Assembly (NCBI RefSeq): GCF_964204645.1
Contig: NC_134034.1
Span: 7,700,962 to 7,764,961 of the forward strand
DNA: 64,000 bases
Direction of reading: 5' to 3'
From: Tubulanus polymorphus
Lineage: Eukaryota > Animalia > Nemertea
Shown: in pieces, positions 22,475-34,235 of the stretch
Layout: each line of letters opens with the position of its first letter
Numbering within the stretch: the first letter of the stretch is position 1
Notes under the pieces: generated by a model
Told to the model about the DNA's origin: nothing
Seen by the model: only the letters and a program-made list of their open reading frames with translations
Database searches by the model: none
Position numbers and translations under genes: made by a program

Positions 22475-25282
22475 TTATTAAAAGAAAAAATTACTTGTGG
22501 TGATGAGTGGTGTGTCGCCCTCTCGCCCTCTGGTATGAAAACGTCATTTTCCAATTACTAAATACTTTTCTGTTTTGTATATTTTTTGTTCCATCTGCAG
22601 CATACCTGCACATACCAAAAAAATTCATGAGTTTCATGAATCTCGAAAATAAAGTTTTCGAGTTATCGTGTATATGGGAAGTTCCTGCATTTGAAAGTAG
22701 ATGGTGTCGGCCATCTTGAATGGGAGAAGTCCCAAAAACAATAAGCTTTCACATAAGGTAAATTTCGTTTGATTTTTTTACAAACCCACCACACCTGCCA
22801 GGAGCAAAACAGGTTTGATCTTGAAATCGGATTCGAAGCATGGATATAGTTGTGCGATCGGCGGTCGTATTAACAGATTTTTTTGTTTAAATCAGAGTAT
22901 AAATTTGGGAAATTTGGTTCCGGTTCATTAATACAATCTTCCAACAGGTCTTCATAGGCAAGTGACTGATTGGCTTGATATTAGTTGGATGGCCTTTCTT
23001 TTTTCATGTGATAGAAATAATGTAATCAATCGATGGCAATATGGTAAATATAGACATTCTTATATTAGAATATCAATATTTGTTAATTAAAAGCATCAAC
23101 CGCTGAAATTTGTGTGGTGATTTATACACTGCGATTGATTGAATAAACTCAATTAAATTGAAACACATCGCGCGGGTTAACACAAAATTTATGACAGTTC
23201 TATGACAGTGTACCTTTACCTTTTCATCCTGTAAACCATAGTACTCTACGTTATAAATACGTACTTACTTCTTAAAACAAACGCTAAATTGAAAGAAAAT
23301 CTAACAGTCTAAAATAATGTCAATCAGTGCGGCGCGGAGATTTTTTTTCACAAGAGAGTTTTCACCATTTCGTTTGCAGTGCGCATGTTCGACATTCTGT
23401 TTGTAAACACAATCCACACGTGTGTGCACTGCACTAAAAAAAATTGTCGCGGAGCCCAATTTGGGCCAATTCGATTGTCCGCGAGTTGACGATGTAACGT
23501 ATCGATTGAATCTCCGGTTTTAGCATTATATAAGAGGTGGGGAGACAGAATCAATACGACGGCTATCAAATTTGAAATAAACATAAAATAAGACTCCCCA
23601 ATGACTGGTAAATGATAATGTTAATCCTACAAAATGGCACATGAATATTCGAGCAGATTAATAGACCGGTTTGTCAGCATCGTATAATCGAATATGCCCT
23701 TACATTCATTGGCTGCAGATCAGCCAACTGCAGGGAGCATTTATTTTACATCAATTTAACGATGTACAACAGCCATCTAGATGTTTCAGGAAACATAATG
23801 CTCCTTGGAATTTTTTAAAAATCGCCACAAATTCGTCGATTTCTCTTAAATGAACGCGATATTCAAAATTTCATTTACGACAGATTTTAGCTGCATGATC
23901 ATGCTACATTTTGCACATAAACATGGTGGATTGCAAGACTTCCTGTTAAAGTTACAACCTTATTTGTTAGCAAAAATTCGATTTTAGGACCCATTACAAC
24001 ATCTCGGGCTTAGTCTGAGTTAAAAACATGTACTTCATTTTTTGTTTCTTATGTTACTTCACCTGGAACTAAATAGAACTCAATACAATATTCTTCGAAA
24101 ATACCTGAACAATCAAGTAAAAATAGAATAAAAACAAGAAAAGAAATTCTTAATGTGGACATTCCTAAATTAACATGAGTATGTTTAATCAGCATCAAAA
24201 TTAAACATTGGTAGTCTAGATTAGAGATTATAAGCAGAACAAATGCAAAATAGTGAGAACTATTGAATTGAATTCAAATGATGGGAGAAGACTGACTTTT
24301 TACAGACAATTAGATCGAAGATAAGCACGGAAATTATCCACAAAGAAAATGTCTTTATTTAAATTATCAATGGAAACGCATACCTATCTTCAGAATGAGG
24401 TTTTTGGCAGAATCTCAGAGAATACGTTCCCCAAGTAATCAAAAAAGCCTAAGATGTCCCCCTTGATTGAATCCAGAAGTTTTCATGAAAATCTGTCTAT
24501 TGATACGATCTCCATCACACACAACTACATGCTGATTCATCATGAATATACATGGTATCAGGTTTTCCCCACTGACTCAAATAGACCTCTCCACGATTAT
24601 GGTATGATGATTTCTATACACTATGTACGAAGTTTGTTAGACAATTTTCAAGGTTTACTCCCCTCTTTACAAATTTTACTGCCATTCTATAAAATGCACT
24701 GCTTTTCATGGCCGCCTGTGACAAACTCTGGCAGTTGAATCATTTGTAGTTTCCAAGTAAACTTTTCTTAGGCCACAAGTGAGGCGCGCTTTTCATATAC
24801 ACGCGCAGATCGCTACACCACATAGCGGCGAGTATATGTGTCAGGCACGTGTGTGAAGCATGAATATACGTTACAGGGCACGTGTTCTTCCAAATCGTTC
24901 CAACAACAAATACTAAATAAATTGATAAATAACCAACGGATTCCGATGAAATTCAATAGGGTTAGAGCTTTTATTACTGCAATGTATGTTTTAAAAGTTC
25001 TGAAGAGACACTAAGCATCGTTTGGAAGTTATTTTGTACCAAAGGAAGAAAGTTTTATATGCAATAAAAAAATGGACTTCTCTAAAGCGAAAGTCCATAA
25101 CAATAAATAACAACTTTAGAGCTACCAAAAACCGGGCATATGTAAATTTGGATTTCCATGTAAAATTTACCCAAAAAATTAATTGTTATATAATATAGTG
25201 TAAGGTATACACCACACATTATGAAGAGTGGTTAAACCTAAGAATTTCATATCATCCCTGACTTATAAAGCCCCCCAAAAAT

Positions 25283-25476
25283 TGTTTCGAAAGTTCGGTT
25301 ACTAAGCCGCTCATCTGGTTTGTGTTTATATATTTACTGTGGATGACATCTTGTTTATGTTTATTCTCCATCTATGTGAAATAAAATCAGTCACTTCCAA
25401 GGTTTCGTAGTAACCAGACGTGTTGCTTCTTTCTCTCGGATCTGTCCCCTCTGGTCGAATCGAACCTTTCACGACA
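25283..25476 (+). repeat. BEL/Pao 5' LTR
   Basis: Identical by eye to 30119-30312. Confidence 0.97.
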
Positions 25477-25495
25477 TTTTGGTGCCGTGACCAGG

Positions 25496-28400
25496 ATGGG
25501 ATCAGAAGGAAGGCTAACGGCAATCAGAAGGGCCCAACGGGGCCAAATGACGAAGATTTTCGGTAAAACGGAAGAAAAACTCGCAGAGATTCTACTCGTC
25601 GATGAAAGTTCAAGAACTCTGGAAACTGTTCAACCGTTCTCCACGTTAATCGACGCGCTGTTCACAAAATTCGAATATTTACGACAATTAGACCAACAAT
25701 TAATGGATGAAATCGCTGATGAAACCGAGTTAACTAACACTATAGTTGAATCAGATGATTATCTCACTGAGATACAAATCAAACTCGGTCGATTCAAACT
25801 GAACTTGGATAATCTACTAGCGAAGATACCAAAACCACAATCGCTAAACGAATCTGTAAGTACCATCAATCGAAGCAGTACTACCTCAACCGGCAGTAAA
25901 AAAGTCAATCTACCAAAATTGGCTCTCCCAAATTTCGATGGTGACATTTTGACGATAATTTCATCTCAGCCGTCGATAGCGATCCGCATTTGGACGATAT
26001 CCAGAAGTTTCAATATTTGGTCGCACAACTCACTGACGAAGCAGCGCGTACCATAGAAGGTCTGCAAATAACTAGCGCTAACTACAAAGAAGCTCTGACG
26101 ATCTTAGTAGAAAGATACGGTCAACCTCACAAGATCGTGAACGCGTACATCAGAGCTTTATTAGATTTGCAGCCACCGCAGGATCACGAGAGTCTACGCG
26201 AATTTTACGATTCTTTGGAAACATATATTCGAGGATTGCGCGCGCTCGGGAAATCGGAAGATGCGTTCGGTGATATACTCGTTCCGGTAGTCTTCGACAA
26301 GCTACCGAGTCCCGTCAAAACACAAATTTCACGGGAGCACGGAGACCGCGCCTGGACACTTAAAGAACTACGCGACGCGATCCGAAAGGAAATACAAGCT
26401 ACACAGGCAGGAGCGAGCTGCGTCAACTTCGATAATGAAAAATTATCCGCTCTTCATATAAGCACTAAAACGAGGAAAAATCCGACCTCGAAAAACAACA
26501 GTTGCGCGTTCTGCAAGGGTCCACATCAGCGTTCTCATGCGATATAATCGTTAACCCAAAAAAGCGACAAGACATCATAAAGGCAAATCGTAAGTGTTAT
26601 AACTGTTTTGGCAATCACATGGTAACAGCTTGCCAATCGAAATATCGTTGTAAGGTTTGCAAAGGCAAACACCACACTGCTATTCATATAGATCGAAATA
26701 CTGATACGCATATTGAATCAAAAAATATTCATGTCAATATAGCTCCAACTTCAAGTCCTGTTCTCTTGAAATCGGCTATTGGTCAAATAAATTATGGTTC
26801 GAATTCGACCACGGTAAATATCTTGTTTGACGAAGGAGCGCAGTGCTCATTCATCACTAAAAAGTCGGTAAATGAATTAGGTGTCCGATTGGACAAATTT
26901 GAAAAGCAAGATGTAAATATTTCCACCTTTGGTGACAATTCGCCTGGGGCACGTACTCTACGGAGTATAGATTTAAAACTTCGTACGCGTAAAGGCGAAA
27001 TTGGTTTACGTGCATTAGTTGTACCGGAAATATGTCCACCAATTCAGAACAATGTAAGTGGCAATCTAAACAAACTTGGGATGAACCCTTATCTGATGAA
27101 TTATCATCACTCTGGTTTGAAATACATCAGCAGTTATACGCCTGTCAACATACAGCTATACAAAGACCATATTTTGGTCAACCGACTAGTGAATGTGAAC
27201 TACACATTTTTGCTGATGCCAGTCCCAATGCTTATGGGGCTGTAGCTTATCTGAAAACTGACAAATCGACTTCAATCATTATGGCAAAATCACGGGTTAA
27301 ACCATTAAAAGAGGCAACTATCTCTAGACTTGAATTATTGGCAGCACTGATCGCTGCACGGCTCGCGAAATTTATCCGTGACGCATTCGACAAGTCAAAT
27401 TTAAGTTTAACAAAATGTGTTCTTTGGTCCGATAGTCAGATCACAATACATTGGATTCGGAGTGAGAAGAAATTACCCACATTCGTCGAAAACAGAGTCC
27501 GTGAAATTCGGTCTGTCAAATTTGACATAATCAATTATTGTCCTACAAAGGACAACCCTGCTGATCTCTTGACTCGGGGCATCAATACCCAAGACTTGGA
27601 TAATAGTAGATTATGGTGGTTTGGACCAACTTGGCTGCCTAATGGCGATTGGCCAATTGATCGACTGAATAATTCAACTGTACTATATTGTTCAGTAAAT
27701 AATTCTGAATCGCACTCTCAACAAAGTGCAGAATTAGCTAGTACTAATTCTATCTCAGTTCTATCAACCACCGCAACTCCATCAGAACCGTCTGGAATAC
27801 AAAAAGTAATAGATGTCGAGCAATTCAATTCGCTGCATAGATTACTTCGAGTCACAGCATGTGTACTACGCTTTATTTCTATTATGAAGAAGACATGTCA
27901 ACCTAGACATAATCATATTACCGTGCCAGAAATACGTTTGGCTCGTACTACGTGGGTTCGCTCTTTGCAAGATGACGAATTTTCAAATGAAATTAAATGT
28001 ATTCAGAAAGGGGGACGAGGTACCCAATTGACTAAACAATTAAACCTATTCACTGATAAAGAGGGTTTAATTAGATGTGGCGGTCGTTTTCAAAACGCGA
28101 ATCTTAACTACAACGCTAAGTACCCAATATTATTGCCATCGAAGCACCCATACACAAAATTAGTAATTAGTGACGCCCATAAAATGGTTCTACACAGTGG
28201 GTTACAATCAACTTTGTGTTACATACGTCAATCATATTGGATACCAAGAATTAGGCAAATAGTTAGCCCAATTATTAGAAAATGCTCAGTTTGCATTAGA
28301 CATGATGGTAAATCATATCGTGCGCCAATCACGCCTCCGTTACCTGCCTGCAGACTAAAAGAAGCTCCACCCTTCACCATCACAGGCGTTGATTTCACTG

Positions 28401-29446
28401 GCCATTTATATTATCGCACGAAACACTCAAAACAGAACAAGGCATACATATGTCTATTTACATGCGCCGTTTCCAGGGCAATACATCTGGAAATAGTCAC
28501 TGATCTGACACCTGCTTCCTTTATGAGAGCATTTCGCAGATTTGCCAGCAGGAGGTCGTTGCCAAGTCAATTGATCTCTGATAATGGTTCAACATTTTTG
28601 TCTGCAGAAAACGATATCAAAGAAATATTCAAATCAACAAAAGTCAGAAACTTTCTGTCTAACAAACTTGTTACTTGGACATTTATACCGAAACGCGCGC
28701 CATGGTTTGGCGGATTTTACGAAAGATTAGTCGGTATAAGGAAAAACACTTTGAAAAAAGTAGTTGGTCGAGCGTGTATTACCTTGGACGAATTGTCGAC
28801 TCTAATTACTGAAATAGAGGCTACAATAAACGATCGTCCCTTAACGTACATGACAAGTGATGACGATGAGATCATTCCCTTAACACCATCACATTTAATT
28901 TGTGGGAGAATGATTACTCTGTTACCTCAACCGGTAGTTGAAGAAAACGAACTAATTGACCCGAATTTTAACTTACCGCCCATCGGTTTCTCCGACGCGA
29001 AGAAACGCATGAAATACTTAGACAGTCTTTTCCAAGATTACTGGATACGGTGGCGAAATGAATATTTGCCAACCTTAAGGGAAAACCACTGTCAGACGCT
29101 AAAGCGGGGTGGCATTACGGAAAATCATGTCAAAATAGGCGATATAGTGATCGTTCATGATGACTCAAAAAAGAGAATCTTTTGGCAACTCGCTATCATT
29201 GAAGGTCTGAACAAGGGCAACGACGTTCTTGTGAGATCCGCGGTAATTCGTACTAAAAGCGGGATTACGAATAGACCCCTTAAAAAATTATACCCCTTAG
29301 AAATCAATTCTGATAGTGGCGAGAAAATGAATGATGAATCATCGCCTCTAATTAGTAATATTCAACCCCCAATGAAAATAAAACGAAATGCAGCATTGAA
29401 CGCTAGAAATAAAATAAAAAACTGGTGTGACAAACTGGTTGACTAA
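25496..29446 (+). pseudogene. BEL/Pao gag-pol (Gag, Zn knuckles, aspartic protease, RNase H, integrase; RT missing)
   Basis: LPKLALPNFDG; KFQYL; CYNCFGNH..CKVCKGKHHTAIH; ILFDEGAQCSFIT; LHIFADAS..AYGAVAY; GVDFTG..SDNG..GGFYERLV; frameshifts near 25950, 26530 and 27060. Confidence 0.92.
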
Positions 29447-30118
29447 TGCACAGGTTCAGCCTAATCAGAGTATAATTCAAACTTATGTTCATAATGTTTC
29501 TTAATATGAGTTAATTTCATTTTTGAAGATTTATAATGTTAAGAATATGTTCTTCTATGTTTTTCAATTATTAAAATGTGTAAATGACGATCACCATAGT
29601 ATATATGTAAAATTTAATGTTAATTGAAATGTAAGTTGAATCTTAACAGTGAAAATCATGTATGTATACATTCAAGCACAAATTGTATTAATGTTAAAAT
29701 ACTATGTAATTTCCTTTCTATTATATACCTGAATATATATCGGAGTAAATGTTCTTTTTATTTCTGATATTCACATGTTTTTAATTTCAAGAATACGTCA
29801 ATCAATATTGTAATCCGTTATCTCATTATAATGCTACACAATATCCTAGTTATCATGTATACACCTATATTTTAGTTGAGACACAACGCAATGTCAAAGT
29901 TTAACGTCAAAGCTTAATGTCAATGTTTAATGTCAAAGCAATCTCAGTTTTGTGTTAAACGAAGATTAAGAGTAATGCAAACTTAATGTATCGAAGATTT
30001 AGTGATTCTGATATGAAATTGGAAATTGATTAATTTTTCATTTTTTACGTAGGCTTATTAACCTCATATGTATTCCTAATTGATGATACATCCTATTTTT
30101 TCTTCCCGCCGCCGGGAG

Positions 30119-30312
30119 TGTTTCGAAAGTTCGGTTACTAAGCCGCTCATCTGGTTTGTGTTTATATATTTACTGTGGATGACATCTTGTTTATGTTTAT
30201 TCTCCATCTATGTGAAATAAAATCAGTCACTTCCAAGGTTTCGTAGTAACCAGACGTGTTGCTTCTTTCTCTCGGATCTGTCCCCTCTGGTCGAATCGAA
30301 CCTTTCACGACA
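30119..30312 (+). repeat. BEL/Pao 3' LTR
   Basis: Identical by eye to 25283-25476; followed by TSD AAAAT. Confidence 0.97.
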
Positions 30313-31069
30313 AAAATTGCGTGTAAGTTCTAGCCTCAAAACATATAATTAAGAATTGCCCAAATCCTAGATAAACTGATTCTTATATTTTTTTAAAATA
30401 GATAATTTTCAACCTGTTTTGCACAAAACTCGCAACCTTTAATGTGTAAGCACCTTCATACAATTATAGCAACTTGTTGTTTTTGAGCAACAACATGCCA
30501 TAAACAAAGACAGAAAGAACATGACTTATTACTCTACAAGCACGACTAACAAATACATTTCTACACAAAACAACAAGTTGCTATACATAAGTTGCTATTG
30601 TTGTATCATTATTGAAGAACTAGATCAGTCTAAAAATTGGTAAGAAATATTTACTTCTTTTTTGAATTATAATTTTAGGTATCTTATCCTGAATGTATAT
30701 TAATCCAGAATTGTTAGATTTTGATATATCAATTGACTGTTCTTTAATTTGTATTGCTTAGTTAGATTAAATGTTTAATAAACAGGCCTATAGAGAACTC
30801 ATATTTCAATTCTGCGATTGGTGTCTGCTTTAGTTGAATAATTTGATTCGTAAATGTCTATTGGAATTATGTATCTTATCATATCTTCAATTATGTGTCC
30901 TCAACTTGAAATGTAGGTAGATGTATTCTTTGTATTGAAAGAATTTAAAAAAAATAAATGATATTATCAAAAAGATATTATCAAATATGGATTTGTATAA
31001 ACGAAGATAGATGGTTGTGGTGTTTCTGCGTGGACATAAGTTTTAGCATAAGGTTAAGCAAGTGATTCA

Positions 31070-31280
31070 CAACCAGTGCCCAAGCAAGATTGAAGGCTGT
31101 GTGGAAAGATGAGTCTTTGTCAATCGCCAACAAAGTCTGTCTCCTTCCCTCTATGATGTTAGCTGTATTTCTGTATGCAGCCGATACCTGAACACTGAAT
31201 GTGATGCAGAGATCGAAAAATGGATTTGTTTGTGCTTTCAAGATAACCGCTACAGGCACTAGTTCCGATTAAGTATTCAT
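31070..31280 (+). mobile_element. RTE-like LINE 3' fragment
   Basis: ARLKAVWKDESLSIANKVCLL..MLAVFLYAADT* resembles the post-RT region of RTE clade elements. Confidence 0.55.
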
Positions 31281-34076
31281 TCCACAACAAAAAATCAAGA
31301 ATATTGCTGTTTGGATAATCCTTTTGATGCATATGACGCCAGAGACTATTTTGGTAATTACACAACTGATAGTGAGAAAAGTTGAGAAGCTGAAAGAGAA
31401 ATGCCAATATCACCAATTTGGCAAGTTATGATCGCCTTGTGATTATATGCAACGGGATTGATTTTGTCAGTGATCAGAGACACATTTGAGGTGGAAAAAC
31501 CTTGGTTTCGAGAATTATTACTAATGTTACAGAAGCACTAAACAAGCTAGTACTCTGATTACGGCAGAATAACGCAGAAAAACTGTTGTCCCTGCTTCAC
31601 AGCTAATTTTTGGTTTACCTATGTTATGGCTGTTGGTTGGCAGTCTGCCAAGAGTATGTTAAATTGCGGCACAAAATTTAGTGGTAATACTTACGGGGTT
31701 GTCTTTTATCGTGAAGCAAGTAGAATTGATGCGCGGAGGTCAGGCCGGTAAGCTTCGAACGGATGATGCAATATTTTTCGAGAAAAACGCGAAAAACATC
31801 GAAAATTCTTCGCTTTCTATAAGTTACTTGTGTTGACCTATATTTGAGTTTCCAAAGTGAATACGGGAAATTCTCGGAATTTCAGGAATTTCTGCACCTC
31901 TGACGTAATTTTGGGAGTCACAAAATGGCGAGCAATTCATTTTATATTTGTGCCGAGCTTAGTTCGCTGTTAGTTTGTTCGATTGTGAGGATTATAATGG
32001 AGTCGGCTATCTAATTTAGTATCTCGAACTTAGTAAGTGTGGCAATTTCTATAGTCCTAGCCTGGCATTGTCTTATTTTGACCGACTCGTACAAAATACA
32101 TTCTTTCCTTGAAAGAGTAATAGACGATGGCGCCAGTGCGAGAGTTGGCGTTTTTGGAGAAAGGCAGTCGACAAGTGTTTCGCGTTGTTTTTGTTGATAT
32201 GAGAGTTAATTGGTTCCACACAGTTGTGTGCGCTTCTTCATTTGCTATTGCCGTAGGCTGATTAGTGTGTTTGCCGATGTTTTTGCGGTATATTGGCATT
32301 CTTGGCATAACAGCGCATACACGTTAAAATCCGCGCACTACGTAAATCAGCTGGTATGTAATCCATATATCTAACGTACGTACATACACACCGCTGTGCA
32401 TGGCAAAGTGTATGTATACTCTGTTTTCACGTATAACCGCGCATTTCACTACTACTGCGCTCTCCTAGCACGTATTAGAAATACTGTTATACGCTGTCTG
32501 TTCCTAATTAAGAAGTTTTTAATTGAAATAAGCTTTATTAGGAACGCTTTATTTTCGTGGATATTCATTTGAACTATTTATGTGGCAACTATAAATAAGT
32601 GTGCTCCTCTTTTAATTTCGTTAGATACTTCGTCGATGGATACTTACATTAATATTTTAAGGTAACCTTAAAATATTTAATAACTTAGTCAAGGTCTGGT
32701 AAAATCGCTGTTTCTTGACGTAAAACCATAACAATAATGTATATTTAGGTACTATACGTTACAGTATCTGGGTAAGCAAAGGAGTGGAAGGTGTCCACTT
32801 AATTCCACACTCTCAAAAGGTTTTTAGATCTCTAGAACGGGAAATTTTTACCGTTTTAAAAACAGTTAATTGCCAATCAAGTTTTGAGACCTCAAAATTG
32901 TAGGAGACTCCCGTATGATAAAATATTCAACGTTTATTTGTTCTAAAAATATATTATATTACAATTTCAGAAAGTCAATAAATCATTGTTTGCCACTTTC
33001 TGATGAGTATTTGTGCTGTCTCATCATCTAGGCCTCTCTACATTCAAGGCTGGAATGATTGGATAGAGCATTGAACAAAATCTAAACCTATAGGAAAATA
33101 TTGCCACATTCATCAAGAAGAAAATGAGCTGGTAGGCCTAAAATGAGAATTTTGGAACTGTTTAATTGGCTTCATGGATTTTTATGCTAAATACAAAGAA
33201 TTGCTAAAACACAGCCAATATTAAATTTTGTGTCATGCTTCCCGGAGCCCTTATAGTTTTCTGGACATATCTAAACCAAAACTAGCAGCCACGACGCAAG
33301 TGGAAATCAAAATGAATGCATGTATAATTGTACGTTCTTCTAGATATTAGAAAGGTAAACCACTTTGCCTGAGGCAAATTATTTTAAATTGTACTCAGGA
33401 AAAATGAAATCAATTGAATGGATTAAATGAATATAAATTCTTTAAAACATTTGAACAAATTTTCCTTTTATTAAAAGCAAAATTTGTTCAAATTTTTTAA
33501 AGAATCTTATTTTCATTTAGATAACATTGCTTTCTTACTGTTATTTCCACCATGTCACCACTACAAAACTGTCACCTACTTAAATATGAAATTTTTGGCA
33601 CATCTTGAGTCTGATTTATCAATTCTTTCTGATGAACCTATGCCCAAGAAATATACATATGCATATCACCTTCACATTTTCCCTCGAAACCTTCAAAAGT
33701 ATGTACGAAGTGCTGATTTATGTGCAAAACAATGGCAATTAGTCAACCATCTTGATTTCTATCAGGACAGTTTATGGGCTGCAGGTGTATATAGGGCAGA
33801 TAATGAATACTAAGATAATCCATTCAAGTGGATCCCAAAATCCGTAACACATGTCTATGGATGGACGAATGAACTAACAGTTAAGGCGAAAGCCCACTCG
33901 GAATCAAAAAGATGATTTACAAAAATTCAATGTATCTAAGTCATTCTACGACATGCAATTAGTGTGGTCTAAAGGCACAATCTATAACATTGAACTGTTT
34001 GTTACTATAACGAAATGAATTCCATGAACGATGACAATATATCAAAATATTTGAGAATAATTCATATTTCACTTAC

Positions 34077-34235
34077 CAAAACAGAATTTCCATAAGTCAT
34101 TTTTTGGCACAAGATCCATCATTCCACCATGTACCCACATACAATTATCATAGGCAATGGCTGTATGCCAGTGACGTGCCCCTGGTCCACTACTACAGTA
34201 CTGCATGTTATACACTAAATTCCATGTGACCAGCC
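34077..34235 (-). CDS. host Kelch-repeat protein exon
   Basis: tttttag| ... |gtaagt; 159 bp, phase 1-1; GLVTWNLVYNMQYCSSGPGARHWHTAIAYDNCMWVHGGMMDLVPKNDLWKFCF. Confidence 0.9.

Larger units (their letters stand above)
3940..22506. mobile_element. endogenous Polinton-like virus (Maverick/PLV-type), degraded, truncated, interrupted at four sites
   Basis: Five very AT-rich, gene-dense blocks whose reading frames rejoin across insertions. Carries capsid-like, rve integrase and A32-like ATPase genes. No terminal inverted repeats and no pPolB seen; both ends are approximate. Confidence 0.9.
25283..30312 (+). mobile_element. BEL/Pao LTR retrotransposon, RT-deleted derivative
   Basis: 194-bp TG...CA LTRs; 5-bp TSD AAAAT; PBS tggtgccgtgaccagga (tRNA-His-like); Gag, protease, RNase H and integrase motifs. 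Confidence 0.97.

Noticed and set aside
22020-24300. Protein-primed DNA polymerase or terminal inverted repeat of the viral element
   Set aside because: No PolB motifs or matching termini found; the AT-rich block ends abruptly at ~22506.
24380-24770. Coding-like stretch on the - strand with a possible donor site
   Set aside because: Multiple stops and no recognisable domain; may be a decayed transposase exon but cannot be supported.
30465-30585. 19-bp inverted repeat tatagcaacttgttgtttt / aaaacaacaagttgctata
   Set aside because: Most likely a small MITE remnant; no further support for function.
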